Shown here piece by piece: positions 24,842 through 34,582 of a stretch of DNA of 38,777 nt. The DNA is taken from the NCBI GenBank assembly GCA_046051235.1, contig JBJOON010000002.1, forward strand, positions 1-38,777, read 5' to 3'. The notes beneath the pieces are model-generated. The model was not told where the DNA came from. It made no database searches and was given only the letters and a program-made list of their open reading frames with translations. A program made the position numbers and the translations under genes. The stretch comes from Bacteroidota bacterium. Its GTDB lineage: Bacteria > Bacteroidota > Bacteroidia > Flavobacteriales_D > Sanyastnellaceae. Position 1 is the first letter of the stretch, and every line of letters begins with the position of its first letter.

Positions 24842-27412
24842 TTATAATTCTCCCATGTTCATACCAATACTGAAGTGGAACTGCCCTGGAGCCATATTAG
24901 GAGCGTTCGGCAAATCGTTTAATCTCCAACCGTAGTCAAACCCTAACAATCCAAACATAGGTAAAAAGATTCGAAGTCCACCACCCACAGATTTATACAA
25001 ATTGAACGGATTGTAATCTGAAAAATCTGTCCATGTTCTTCCGGCTTCAGCAAAAGCCAATGCAAAAATAGTAGCCTGTGGATTCAATGAAATCGGATAT
25101 CTCAACTCTGCTCCGTACTTTGTGATTACAGGCGCTCCCACACGGTCACTAGGCATCGTTAAAGACAAATCGTCGTATCCACGCAAATTCACAATCTCAC
25201 GACCATCAAGCAAGAAGCCGCTTAAGAAAACCCCTCCCAAATAAAATCTCTCGAACGGAGATTGACCGAGATTCTTGTTGTAGGCGCCCAAGAAGCCAAA
25301 ACCAGCATGCGTGTGCAACACCAACTTATTTGTTTTGTGTTTATTCAAAGACGTGTACCAATTGGCCGTGAACTTGATTTTATAATATTCCACCCAGTCA
25401 ACTTTTTGCTGGTCGGACATGTTCGCATAATCATACTCTTTACCCAAGAAATTCTCTCCAATGGTTGTGTAAGGCAAAGTAAACTTCGAACTCAAGGTAA
25501 TTTTCGAACCCCAAGTAGGATAGATCGTTTCAGACAACGAACTTCTTTCAATGGTGAAGTTAGCTGCAAGGTTGTTCGAGTAACCGTTGTTGAATGAGAA
25601 GAATGATCCGTAATTGTTCAAATCGAAATGCTGATAAGAAAGTCCGCCAAAGAACAAGAACCAGTCATCTGGCTTCTGCCAGCGCTGTCCAAAAACTACT
25701 GAAGCTCCCGTAATGATAAGGGACTGACGCGTTGGATTCAAGGCGTCATTTATGTACTTGGCCTGTCCATTCGACTGAACACTGTGGTAGCCTGAAACCG
25801 ATAATGAGTTCGGTCTTTTTCCACCCAACCAAGGCTCGGTAAAGCTTAAATTATATGATTGGAAGAAAGCACCATTACTCATTGCACGAATAGAAAGTCT
25901 CTGACCATCACCTGTTGGAAGCGGGCTCCATGCTTCTTTCTTAAAGAAATTGCGCATGCTAAAATTATTGAAGCTTAATCCAAGGGAACCAACAACACGT
26001 CCACCACCCCAACCGCCTGATAATTCAATTTGATCGGAAGGTTTTTCTTCAACAACATATTCCAAATCCACTAAGCCTTCGTCGGGTCTGGGGTTGGTTC
26101 GGATATCAAACGCCTCCTGACTGAAGTAATTCAAATTAGCCAATTCACGTTGAGAACGAATTAAATCGGAGCGATTGAATAAATCTCCGGGACGTGTTCT
26201 TATCTCGCGATAAATAACATGGTCATTCGTCTTTGTATTTCCAGAAACACTTACCACACCAATGCGGTACTGTTTTCCTTCTCCCATGCGCACTTCAATG
26301 TCAATGCTGTCTGGTGGAACCAAAGACTCAACGGGGTAAGCATAGAAATTCAAATACCCATCATCGGTATACAGTGATGCAACGTCGCGTCCGGTCTGAT
26401 TCATATTCAAACGCGTCTGCAACACTTCCATGTTGTATACATCGCCTTTCTTAATGTTCAGGATAGAATCGAGTGAATTACTTCTATACTTGGTGTTACC
26501 TATAAACGTTATATTCCGGAAATAGAATTTGTTTCCTTCATCCAATGTGATTCTGATTTTCAAACGCTCCGGACCAACTGAATAAATTGAATCCTTTACA
26601 ATTCGCATATTGCGGAAACCCTCTTTGTTGTATCGCGCTACAATCGCAGCTTTATCTTCTTCATATTCCTCTTCTAAGAATTTCGAAGATTTGAACACGT
26701 GATAGATTGCTGCTTTCTTCGTATTCTTCATGGTACGATTCAAAGTCGCAACTGACATCTTATTGGCACCTACCCATTCAATTTCTTCAATCTTAATTCG
26801 ATTACCTCTTTCAATGTCAAAGGTTAATTCAACAGCATTAGGTAAGTTCGGATATGGCTTCTCTAGAATATTCACCTTCGCATTGAAGTAACCCTTTTCA
26901 ACATAAAAATCTTTGATAATATTCGTTGCGGTAGCCTTCAAATTTTCATTCACGATATTTCCTGAACGAATCTTCATCTTCTCACGAATGTTGTCGGCGT
27001 CTCCCTTTTTAATTCCATCGAACTTAAAGACTCCCAACTTTGGTAGTTCCTTAACTACTATCACTAAGAACGCATCATCACCGCGCGCTTCAGCTAGACG
27101 AATATCAATAGACGAAAACAATTGATTCTTCCAAAGTTTGCGAAGTGCATCGGCAATCTCATCTCCGGGAATCATAATCTCTTGTCCCGTTTTCAACCCA
27201 CAAAAAAGAAGAATTGCTTGCGCGTCGGTATATTCCGCTCCCATTACTGTGATACCCGCTATTTTCATTTTGCGAGGCTCTGCGTAATCAATAGTGGTAC
27301 CTAATTCAACCTGAGCCTGTAGCACAGGAGCAACAAAAATTGACGCGATTAAAGACAGAACAAATAAAATCGTTCTTGAGTTTGGGAGGATATTTTTCAG
27401 CGTCTTTCTCAA
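24842..27412 (-). CDS. bamA: Outer-membrane protein assembly factor BamA
   Basis: It is 856 aa with a signal peptide, a POTRA-length N-terminal region and an Omp85 barrel carrying an LRGYDD (VRGF-like loop 6) motif. It sits in the conserved position between uppS and ompH. Confidence 0.92.
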   Translation of the reverse strand: MRKTLKNILPNSRTILFVLSLIASIFVAPVLQAQVELGTTIDYAEPRKMKIAGITVMGAEYTDAQAILLFCGLKTGQEIMIPGDEIADALRKLWKNQLFSSIDIRLAEARGDDAFLVIVVKELPKLGVFKFDGIKKGDADNIREKMKIRSGNIVNENLKATATNIIKDFYVEKGYFNAKVNILEKPYPNLPNAVELTFDIERGNRIKIEEIEWVGANKMSVATLNRTMKNTKKAAIYHVFKSSKFLEEEYEEDKAAIVARYNKEGFRNMRIVKDSIYSVGPERLKIRITLDEGNKFYFRNITFIGNTKYRSNSLDSILNIKKGDVYNMEVLQTRLNMNQTGRDVASLYTDDGYLNFYAYPVESLVPPDSIDIEVRMGEGKQYRIGVVSVSGNTKTNDHVIYREIRTRPGDLFNRSDLIRSQRELANLNYFSQEAFDIRTNPRPDEGLVDLEYVVEEKPSDQIELSGGWGGGRVVGSLGLSFNNFSMRNFFKKEAWSPLPTGDGQRLSIRAMSNGAFFQSYNLSFTEPWLGGKRPNSLSVSGYHSVQSNGQAKYINDALNPTRQSLIITGASVVFGQRWQKPDDWFLFFGGLSYQHFDLNNYGSFFSFNNGYSNNLAANFTIERSSLSETIYPTWGSKITLSSKFTLPYTTIGENFLGKEYDYANMSDQQKVDWVEYYKIKFTANWYTSLNKHKTNKLVLHTHAGFGFLGAYNKNLGQSPFERFYLGGVFLSGFLLDGREIVNLRGYDDLSLTMPSDRVGAPVITKYGAELRYPISLNPQATIFALAFAEAGRTWTDFSDYNPFNLYKSVGGGLRIFLPMFGLLGFDYGWRLNDLPNAPNMAPGQFHFSIGMNMGEL

Positions 27413-27418
27413 CTTATT

Positions 27419-28159
27419 CTAATTCGTTTGTTCTGTTTGCTCTGAAGTCATTCCGAATCTTCTTTCTCTGCCTTGGTAACTTACCAACGCATCAAAAAAA
27501 TGTTCTTCTCGGAACTCAGGCCACATGATTGGTGTGAAGTGAAGTTCTGTGTAGGCAATTTGCCAAAGCAAAAAGTTGCTAATACGATGCTCACCACTGG
27601 TGCGAATAAGCAATTCAGGATCGGGGATATTAGCAGTTGAAAGGTTTTGGGCTATCACGTCAGCCGTAACGTCTTCAGCCGAGATTTGTTGTGCAACAAT
27701 TGATCTAACCGCATTCACAATTTCCCAACGCGCACTGTAATTAAGGGCTAAGACTAAAGTAATGTCTTTGTTATCTGCCGTTTTAGCCATTGCCACCTTC
27801 AATTCATCGCGACATTTATTTGGCAATTGCTCAATGTCTCCGATGGCTAATAAACGCACACCGTTTTCCATGAGTTCTGCAACTTCATTGATAATTGTTG
27901 TAACCAACAGATCCATTAGTGCATCTACTTCCTCTTTCGGACGATTCCAGTTCTCTGTAGAAAATGCATAAAGCGTAAGAAACTCAACCTCTGCTCTGCG
28001 AGCAGCTTTGATTGTAGCACGAACCGATTCAACCCCATTGAAGTGTCCGAAAATTCGGTCCTTCCCTTGGTTTTTCGCCCAACGCCCATTTCCGTCCATG
28101 ATTACGGCAACATGGCGTGGGGTTTTACTTAAGTCTATTTGTTCGAAGGCACTTTTCAT
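27419..28159 (-). CDS. uppS: Isoprenyl transferase (undecaprenyl-diphosphate synthase)
   Basis: It carries HVAVIMDGNGRWA and IRTSGEHRISNFLLWQIAYTEL motifs. The ATG at 28159 is preferred, because the longer ORF to 28210 overlaps the upstream gene. Confidence 0.92.
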   Translation of the reverse strand: MKSAFEQIDLSKTPRHVAVIMDGNGRWAKNQGKDRIFGHFNGVESVRATIKAARRAEVEFLTLYAFSTENWNRPKEEVDALMDLLVTTIINEVAELMENGVRLLAIGDIEQLPNKCRDELKVAMAKTADNKDITLVLALNYSARWEIVNAVRSIVAQQISAEDVTADVIAQNLSTANIPDPELLIRTSGEHRISNFLLWQIAYTELHFTPIMWPEFREEHFFDALVSYQGRERRFGMTSEQTEQTN

Positions 28160-28200
28160 CGAAGTGCGAAGATACGGAAAGCCTGTGTTTAGACAAGCAA

Positions 28201-29037
28201 TTACTGCCAAGTGGCGCAGCTATTTCCTTTTTTATCAATTCTGAAATTTAATGAGGCCATGCAGAAGAAGTAAAGATCCTTTCTTCCTGGGTCTCCGCGC
28301 TGCATAGAAGCATTATTTAAGTTCTCTGGAAGAAGGCTTTGATCGGCCAAATTCGTCGCCAGTTGTCCGCGCGCAGCAGCTAGCATTGTAGGATTCACGT
28401 AGGTTGCTGAAATATCGTCGAAATAATCGGTGTACAACTTACGCATTCCCCATTCTAAAGAAAATCCTAACAAGCCTTTGATGTTGCATTTCAACCCTGC
28501 GCCCATTGGCATAGTGAAACCAGTCGTTTTGTACAATGCGTCCTTTCCAGTCATTCCTTGTCCTTCCGTTCCCGCTGGTTGAAGGGGATGCCAATAACCG
28601 TTGTAATTTCCTTCTGGATTCATGCGAAACACGGCAGCGCCCAAAAATAAATACGGTGAAATGTTATGCTTAGAATTGAGCTGGTAGTTGAAAAAATTCA
28701 ACTCTGCGATGACACTTCCCTCAAAAAATCTATTTCTAAAATTTAAATTTCTGTTTTGCTGCCAAGCGTCTTTACTGTCTGAATCGAATGCTTCGATATT
28801 CCCGTAGTTAAGGCCAGTGCGAATAGACCAACGCTTATTCAGGTTGTTTCGAATGGCAATACCTAAAGCCAATTTCTCCTTTGTCCCGAAATGTTTGGAA
28901 GGATTTATTTCCCCTATGTAATAAGCTGTTCCCGCAGAAATAGAAAATTCCTTGCTTTTTTCTTTGCTCAATCCTTGAGCTTCAACCGATAAATTTCCAA
29001 TTAGAAATAAGATGAAAAGAAGTAAACGGTTATTCAT
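28201..29037 (-). CDS. Predicted outer-membrane beta-barrel protein (DUF6089-like)
   Basis: It has the signal peptide MNNRLLLFILFLIGNLSVEAQ (ATG at 29037) and beta-strand periodicity. It occupies the position between nadK and uppS. The DUF name is from memory of that gene order. Confidence 0.6.
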   Translation of the reverse strand: MNNRLLLFILFLIGNLSVEAQGLSKEKSKEFSISAGTAYYIGEINPSKHFGTKEKLALGIAIRNNLNKRWSIRTGLNYGNIEAFDSDSKDAWQQNRNLNFRNRFFEGSVIAELNFFNYQLNSKHNISPYLFLGAAVFRMNPEGNYNGYWHPLQPAGTEGQGMTGKDALYKTTGFTMPMGAGLKCNIKGLLGFSLEWGMRKLYTDYFDDISATYVNPTMLAAARGQLATNLADQSLLPENLNNASMQRGDPGRKDLYFFCMASLNFRIDKKGNSCATWQ

Positions 29038-29069
29038 AACTGCACAATGCTTTTTTCTATTAAATATTG

Positions 29070-29945
29070 TCAATCCATGCGAATATCTAGTCCCCAGCCC
29101 ATTTTCTTTCGAATGGTTCGGAAGAAATTCCTTCCTTCCAACAGAATCATCTGCAATTCGAAGGTAGCTCGACACAGCATAATCTCTGCGCCACTGTCTA
29201 GAACATACTGCGTACTATCAAGTGTAATTTGAATCTGTCCGGATCTACAATCTGCCTTTAATCTAACTGTCGAAGTATCACCGATAACAAGCGGACGAGC
29301 AGTTAAATTATGCGCTGAAATCGGTGTGATAATGAAGTTGTTCGAATTCGGAGTAACGATTGGTCCACCGCATGAAAGCGAATATGCTGTTGATCCGGTT
29401 GGCGTGGCTACGATTAATCCATCGGCCCAGTAACTGCTTAAAAAGGCTTTGTTAACTGACGCGTTAATTTTAATCATTTCATTTCGCGTAGCGTTGTTGA
29501 TCGTTATCTCATTCAGAGCGTACGGAAAATCACCAAAATCGAATTGCTCCGATTTTACTTGAATAAATGAACGCGGATCAATCGTGTATTCTGAATTTAC
29601 AAATTGCTCCAACGCCTCGTCTACTTCGGAAACACTTACATGTGATAAAAATCCGAGTCGACCTGTATTGATTCCCAAAATAGGAATGCGCTTCGAACCT
29701 ACCAATCTTGCAGCATCTAAAAATGTCCCATCCCCACCAAAACTGAACAATGCAGCAGCATTTTCAAATTCTGAATTTTCTTCGAAGGTGGTATGTGCAG
29801 GTACTTGAATGTGTGACTCCAGAAAACGCACGAAATTTTTGTAAACGCAAATGGAAATTCCGCGTCGCACCATTTTCTCAAGAAATTGTTGCACCGCAGG
29901 AGCCAAATCGGCTTCGAACTTTTTTCCAAAAACGTAAACTAACAT
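29070..29945 (-). CDS. nadK: NAD kinase
   Basis: It carries FSFGGDGTFL and ATPTGSTAYSLSCGGPIV motifs. The start is either 29945 (MLVYVFGKKF) or 29981. Confidence 0.88.
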   Translation of the reverse strand: MLVYVFGKKFEADLAPAVQQFLEKMVRRGISICVYKNFVRFLESHIQVPAHTTFEENSEFENAAALFSFGGDGTFLDAARLVGSKRIPILGINTGRLGFLSHVSVSEVDEALEQFVNSEYTIDPRSFIQVKSEQFDFGDFPYALNEITINNATRNEMIKINASVNKAFLSSYWADGLIVATPTGSTAYSLSCGGPIVTPNSNNFIITPISAHNLTARPLVIGDTSTVRLKADCRSGQIQITLDSTQYVLDSGAEIMLCRATFELQMILLEGRNFFRTIRKKMGWGLDIRMD

Positions 29946-29984
29946 AATTGTGTAAAAAACAAAGGTAGCGCTTTTCAGCAAACA

Positions 29985-30644
29985 CTACATATTCAAGTAA
30001 CGCATGAGTTCGTTGTAACGATCCTTCAACTCATCATCATACTTAGAAGCTTGAAACTTACTTAGAATGGTATAATTGAATCGCTCGAGACTTTGTAAAA
30101 TCGGATTCAAATCTGGAAGGTCTATTTTAATGTGCATCTCCAAGTTACCTTGAGCGGCTGGAACCACAGAAAGACTCAGGATTTTTGCGTTGTTCTCTTC
30201 AATGATTCTAGCAATTTGCTGAATGCTGTGATCACGCTCTAAAACTTGAATCACTATAATTCCGCCTTCGCGCATAACACCAAGCATTTCCGCCAAGTGA
30301 TCCAATAAATCAGCGGAAGTAATGCTTCCGAGATAATTGTTTCCTTCATCAACGACAGGAACAACAGTAATGTCATTTTCACTTACCACCTTCAACACAT
30401 CTAGAACATGGACATCAGGTAAGATTGAAACATTAAGCAAATCCAATTCCGCCTGAACTTCACCCTGATAAACTTCAGCATTTAAGAAATCGCTTTCATT
30501 CGCAAGACCTTTGAACAAGCCGTTTTCAACTACCGGTAAGTCTGTCACCCGAAGTTCATCCATCAAATTCAATACATACAAAGCAGACTCGCCGAGATTA
30601 ATGGCGGGTAGACTTTTAGATATTAAATTCAGTGATTTATTCAT
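29985..30644 (-). CDS. CBS-domain pair protein
   Basis: It contains two CBS-like repeats (VTDLPVVENGLFKGL..., ITVVPVVDEGNNYLGSITSADLL). It lies 3 nt upstream of the nadK ORF. Confidence 0.8.
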   Translation of the reverse strand: MNKSLNLISKSLPAINLGESALYVLNLMDELRVTDLPVVENGLFKGLANESDFLNAEVYQGEVQAELDLLNVSILPDVHVLDVLKVVSENDITVVPVVDEGNNYLGSITSADLLDHLAEMLGVMREGGIIVIQVLERDHSIQQIARIIEENNAKILSLSVVPAAQGNLEMHIKIDLPDLNPILQSLERFNYTILSKFQASKYDDELKDRYNELMRYLNM

Positions 30645-30663
30645 TGATTTTTAAAACGAAGGT

Positions 30664-30671
30664 CAAACGTA
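30664..30671 (-). promoter_or_regulatory. Candidate -7 box (TACGTTTG) for the CBS-nadK-...-bamA operon
   Basis: The reverse complement of caaacgta matches TAnnTTTG. It lies 19 nt upstream of the ATG at 30644. Confidence 0.4.
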
Positions 30672-30744
30672 CATTCATTTTTCGTTCCACAACGTGAATT
30701 TGAATTCGATTATTGCCGAGTTTTGCACAACCAATTTTGAATAC

Positions 30745-31458
30745 ATGACCACACTCAGCGTAAACATCAATAAAATCGCTACCATTCGCAATGCACGTGG
30801 CGGAAATACTCCCAATGTCATTGTGGCAGCACAGAATATTGAGCGCTTCGGTGCAGAAGGAATTACTGTTCATCCGAGACCCGATGAGCGTCACATTCGC
30901 TACGCAGATGTTCGTGCATTGAGGAAAGTCGTAACTACTGAATTCAATGTTGAAGGATACCCAACGCCGGAGTTCATGGAATTGGTTATTCAATCGAAAC
31001 CGCACCAAGTAACATTGGTTCCAGACGCACCCGATGCCATTACTTCCAACGCTGGGTGGGACGTTGAAACGCATTTTGATTTTTTATCTGGAATAGTTAA
31101 GGAACTGAAAGCAGAAGGCATGCGTGTAAGTATCTTCATGGAAGCCAATCCGGGTCTCATGAAAAGAGCAGCTGAAACCGGAACCGACAGGGTGGAATTG
31201 TATACCGAAAGTTACGCAGTTGGATATAATATTGATAAAGAGAAGGCTGTTGCTCCATTTATTGAAGCAGCAAAAGCCGCTCACGAAGCGGGCTTGGGAG
31301 TAAACGCAGGCCATGATTTAAGTTTAGAAAACTTGAGGTACTTCGCCCAGAAAGTTCCTTATTTGGATGAAGTTTCGATTGGACACGCGCTAATTTCCGA
31401 CTCTTTGTATTTCGGATTGGAAAACACGGTTCAGATGTATAAAAACGAATTACGCTAA
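30745..31458 (+). CDS. pdxJ: Pyridoxine 5'-phosphate synthase
   Basis: It carries LSVNINKIATIRNARG, HPRPDERHI and NAGHDL motifs. The ATG at 30745 is preferred over the GTG at 30694. Confidence 0.92.
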   Translation: MTTLSVNINKIATIRNARGGNTPNVIVAAQNIERFGAEGITVHPRPDERHIRYADVRALRKVVTTEFNVEGYPTPEFMELVIQSKPHQVTLVPDAPDAITSNAGWDVETHFDFLSGIVKELKAEGMRVSIFMEANPGLMKRAAETGTDRVELYTESYAVGYNIDKEKAVAPFIEAAKAAHEAGLGVNAGHDLSLENLRYFAQKVPYLDEVSIGHALISDSLYFGLENTVQMYKNELR

Positions 31459-32228
31459 TGCAATTGTATTTCAATAAATTCGGAGAGGGGAAACCCTTGC
31501 TCATCTTTCACGGACTTTTCGGGACGGGTGACAACTGGACGACGCATGCCAAAAAATGGGCGGAACATGGATTCTGTGTTTATACCATTGACCAACGTAA
31601 TCACGGAAGATCTCCTCATTCAGAAGAAATGAATTACGCGCTCATGCGCGATGATGCCATTGATTTAATAGCATCGGAAAATCTTCGAGATGTCATTCTT
31701 ATGGGTCACAGCATGGGTGGAAAAACAGTGATGAATGTTGCTCAAGAAATAGAATTCCTGATTGAAAAACTCATTGTCGTAGACATGGGCGTGAAGCGAT
31801 ATCCTCGTCACCACGACACCGTCTTCCAAGCCCTTCGTTCGGTTCCAATAGATCAAATTCAATCGAGAGCGGAAGCCGAAGAAATATTCTCTAAAACCAC
31901 TGTAGACAAAGCCACTCAACTCTTCCTTCTAAAAAATCTTTACTGGAAGGAACCTGGCAAATTAGATTGGCGATTCAATTTAGATGCGCTTGAAAATCAC
32001 ATCGACGAGATTCTTATGGAAGTGCCCTTGAACAATGCTGTTCAAGTGCCCACGCTCTTCATTAAAGGTGAACTTTCCAATTACATTTTGAATGAAGATC
32101 AACCACAGATCGAACAATACTTTCCGAAAGCAAAAATCACTGAAGTGAAGAATTCAGGTCACTGGCCGCATGCCGAATCTCCAGATTTTTTTTTCCAAGA
32201 AGTACTTGATTTTAGTCTAAACGGATAG
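31458..32228 (+). CDS. Alpha/beta-fold hydrolase (esterase family)
   Basis: It has an HGLFG oxyanion motif, a GHSMGG nucleophile elbow and a C-terminal SGHW. Its ATG overlaps the pdxJ stop (TAATG). Confidence 0.8.
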   Translation: MQLYFNKFGEGKPLLIFHGLFGTGDNWTTHAKKWAEHGFCVYTIDQRNHGRSPHSEEMNYALMRDDAIDLIASENLRDVILMGHSMGGKTVMNVAQEIEFLIEKLIVVDMGVKRYPRHHDTVFQALRSVPIDQIQSRAEAEEIFSKTTVDKATQLFLLKNLYWKEPGKLDWRFNLDALENHIDEILMEVPLNNAVQVPTLFIKGELSNYILNEDQPQIEQYFPKAKITEVKNSGHWPHAESPDFFFQEVLDFSLNG

Positions 32229-32241
32229 GGTCTAAATACTT

Positions 32242-32249
32242 TACCTTTG
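32242..32249 (+). promoter_or_regulatory. Candidate -7 box (TACCTTTG) for the universal stress protein gene
   Basis: It matches TAnnTTTG and lies 14 nt upstream of the ATG at 32264, which would give a very short leader. Confidence 0.35.
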
Positions 32250-32263
32250 CAAAAATTACTACT

Positions 32264-33103
32264 ATGGGATTTTCTAAAAAAATTTTAGTTCCTGTTGACT
32301 TCACAAAAGTGAGCGACATTGCTATCGAACATTCGCTTTTAATGGGCAAAACTATACTTGCCAATATTCATCTTATTCACATTGTAGAAAACAAGAAGCA
32401 GGTTTCTGAAGCGCGTCTGAAACTAGATGCACTAAAAGATCGTGTTCGCGTTGAAAATAGTGTTGAAATTCACACACATGTGCGCATCGGAAACATTTTC
32501 GAAGACATAGACAAGGCTGCTACTGAAATGGACGCTGCACTTATCATTATGGGCACACACGGAGCGCGCGGTTTGCAATTCATGTCTGGAAGTCGTGCAT
32601 TGAAAATTGTAACCGAAAGTTCAATTCCATTCATCGTTGTTCAAGAAAGAACCATTCGTCCACACGGTTACAACCGCATCGTCGTTCCATTGGATCTTCA
32701 CAAAGAGACAAAGCAAAAGTTGAGCGCTGTTCGCGATGTTGCGAAATATTTCAATTCAAAAGTTTATTTGATTTCTCCGAATGAAACCGATGAGTTTTTG
32801 AAAAATCAATTGGACCGAAATATGAACTACGCGGTAGATTATTTGACTTCCTTGAATATTCCTGTTGAAGTTGAAATTACTGAGACAAAGTCTGAAGGTT
32901 CTTTCGTGAAATCATTATTGAAATACTCAGCGGCAGTTGAAGCGGATTTGATTTGCATTATGAATTTCTATGAGAGTTCATTGTTGAATGTATTCAACTC
33001 GAGCTATGAGCAGCAAGTCATAACAAATGATGCTCAAATCCCTGTGCTGTGCGTGAACCCGGTTGACACATACGTTGCCGATCGTTCAAGCCTTGCTTCG
33101 TAA
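32264..33103 (+). CDS. Tandem-domain universal stress protein
   Basis: KILVPVDFT and IIMGTHGARG motifs mark the first Usp domain. A second Usp-like half follows (RIVVPLDL...). Confidence 0.8.
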   Translation: MGFSKKILVPVDFTKVSDIAIEHSLLMGKTILANIHLIHIVENKKQVSEARLKLDALKDRVRVENSVEIHTHVRIGNIFEDIDKAATEMDAALIIMGTHGARGLQFMSGSRALKIVTESSIPFIVVQERTIRPHGYNRIVVPLDLHKETKQKLSAVRDVAKYFNSKVYLISPNETDEFLKNQLDRNMNYAVDYLTSLNIPVEVEITETKSEGSFVKSLLKYSAAVEADLICIMNFYESSLLNVFNSSYEQQVITNDAQIPVLCVNPVDTYVADRSSLAS

Positions 33104-33106
33104 AAA

Positions 33107-34582
33107 TTAGATTCGAATACCGATAACCAATAGGTCATCGGTTTGCTCCATAGAACCCTTCCAAGCGTTAAACGTTTCGTGAAGGGTTTTTTCCTGCGCG
33201 TCTATTTCTTGAATTGAAATAGACGTAAGTATTTCTTTGAAACGCTTTCGCATGAATTTCTTGTTGTTCGCCTCACCAAATTGATCGGCGTATCCATCGC
33301 TAAATGCATAGACCATGTCGTTTTTCTCCAACTGAAACTTCTGCGTTTCAAAGGTTTCGCCTCGCTCTCCGAAGGTTCCAATGCTTCGCTTCGTTGGAGC
33401 CAATTCAATGAGCTCATTGCTTCGAACGACATATAACGGAATGTTCGCACCGCAATATTCTAACATCAATTCCTTCTCATCAATTGCGCACAAAGCAATA
33501 TCCATTCCATCGCGAACACCGTTGTTTTTGTTTCGCAATACTTCAGTTCCCAATCGATTAATGTTATTCAAAATTTGCGCTGGGTCTAAAAACACTTTCG
33601 TCACATGGTTCAAGAAATTGTGACCCACTAAACTCATAAAAGCACCCGGAACTCCATGACCCGTGCAGTCTACAGCAGCAAACAGTTTTTTTCCACCTAC
33701 ATTTTTAAACCAATAAAAATCGCCACTTACTACGGCCTTTGGCACATAAAAAACAAAACTCTTGTTGAATATTTGTCGAACAGCCCCAATGTTCGGAAGT
33801 ATCGTATTTTGAAGACGCTGCGCGTAGTTGATGCTATCTGTTAAATCGCGGTACAATAAATTCAGTTGTTCCTTCTGAACATCTGATTCTTCCTTTTGCT
33901 TTCGCAATTTCGTAGTGAAATAAGCGATTGCAATTCCCGCAAATAAAACGAATAAAGACACCACAACCAATACACCTTTCAACCTCGAAAACTGAACATT
34001 CATTTCTTCAATCTCGGCATTCATGCGCTCGGTTTGCTTCTTACGCAATCTATTCAAAATACTTTCTGCCTCCTCAACAACCAACGGTATTCCACTTCCT
34101 TCAATGAAGTAAGATTCAGCTTCCATGAGAGCAATCGGATTGCTGTAACTGTCGAATGTCGGAAGAAGTTCTTGAACCGCTTTAAATTGAACCAACATCT
34201 CTCCAACCTTCATCTCAAGTGAATCTATACTCACCTGTTCTTCTGCGTTGAAATTACTCTTCACCTCTTTCAATCGCATCCACGATTTCACCAATGAACT
34301 GTCACTTATCGCCTTCATCTCTTTCCGGTGAAGATCTTCTTCCACTCGCTGAACGAAAGCCCATTCTTTAATTAAATCCTTCGAACGAAGGGTATAACTC
34401 TCCAAGTCTTGCAATCTGCCGATTGAAGGAACATACTTATCGTTAATCTTACGGTTGATATCGTAACTACGTTGAAGCGTGATCATAGTAATGACCAGCG
34501 TTCCAGCAACAATGAAAATAATGACTCCGAAGCCAAATCCCAGGCGATACTTCTTGTTGAAGAACCAATTCATGGGATTCAA
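33107..34582 (-). CDS. Membrane-bound sensor SpoIIE/PP2C-family serine phosphatase
   Basis: It has two TM helices (residues about 14-35 and 202-224) flanking a helical extracytoplasmic domain of about 165 aa. The C-terminal PPM motifs are SGDFYWF, VDCTGHGVPGAF, FSDGYADQ and TDDLLVIGIRI. Confidence 0.8.
   Translation of the reverse strand: MNPMNWFFNKKYRLGFGFGVIIFIVAGTLVITMITLQRSYDINRKINDKYVPSIGRLQDLESYTLRSKDLIKEWAFVQRVEEDLHRKEMKAISDSSLVKSWMRLKEVKSNFNAEEQVSIDSLEMKVGEMLVQFKAVQELLPTFDSYSNPIALMEAESYFIEGSGIPLVVEEAESILNRLRKKQTERMNAEIEEMNVQFSRLKGVLVVVSLFVLFAGIAIAYFTTKLRKQKEESDVQKEQLNLLYRDLTDSINYAQRLQNTILPNIGAVRQIFNKSFVFYVPKAVVSGDFYWFKNVGGKKLFAAVDCTGHGVPGAFMSLVGHNFLNHVTKVFLDPAQILNNINRLGTEVLRNKNNGVRDGMDIALCAIDEKELMLEYCGANIPLYVVRSNELIELAPTKRSIGTFGERGETFETQKFQLEKNDMVYAFSDGYADQFGEANNKKFMRKRFKEILTSISIQEIDAQEKTLHETFNAWKGSMEQTDDLLVIGIRI

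Noticed and set aside
29038-29175. An N-terminal extension of the DUF6089-like ORF that would overlap nadK by about 100 nt. The yfiR-neighbour ORF has a similar extension at 35471-35539, and so do uppS (28160-28210) and ompH (24131-24172).
   Set aside because: In each case an internal ATG begins a canonical signal peptide or the conserved family N-terminus and removes the overlap. The extensions are artefacts of the longest-ORF rule.
30637-31074. A 145-aa minus-strand ORF antisense to pdxJ.
   Set aside because: pdxJ on the plus strand has unmistakable family motifs. The antisense ORF has no motifs and would have to overlap the CBS gene start.
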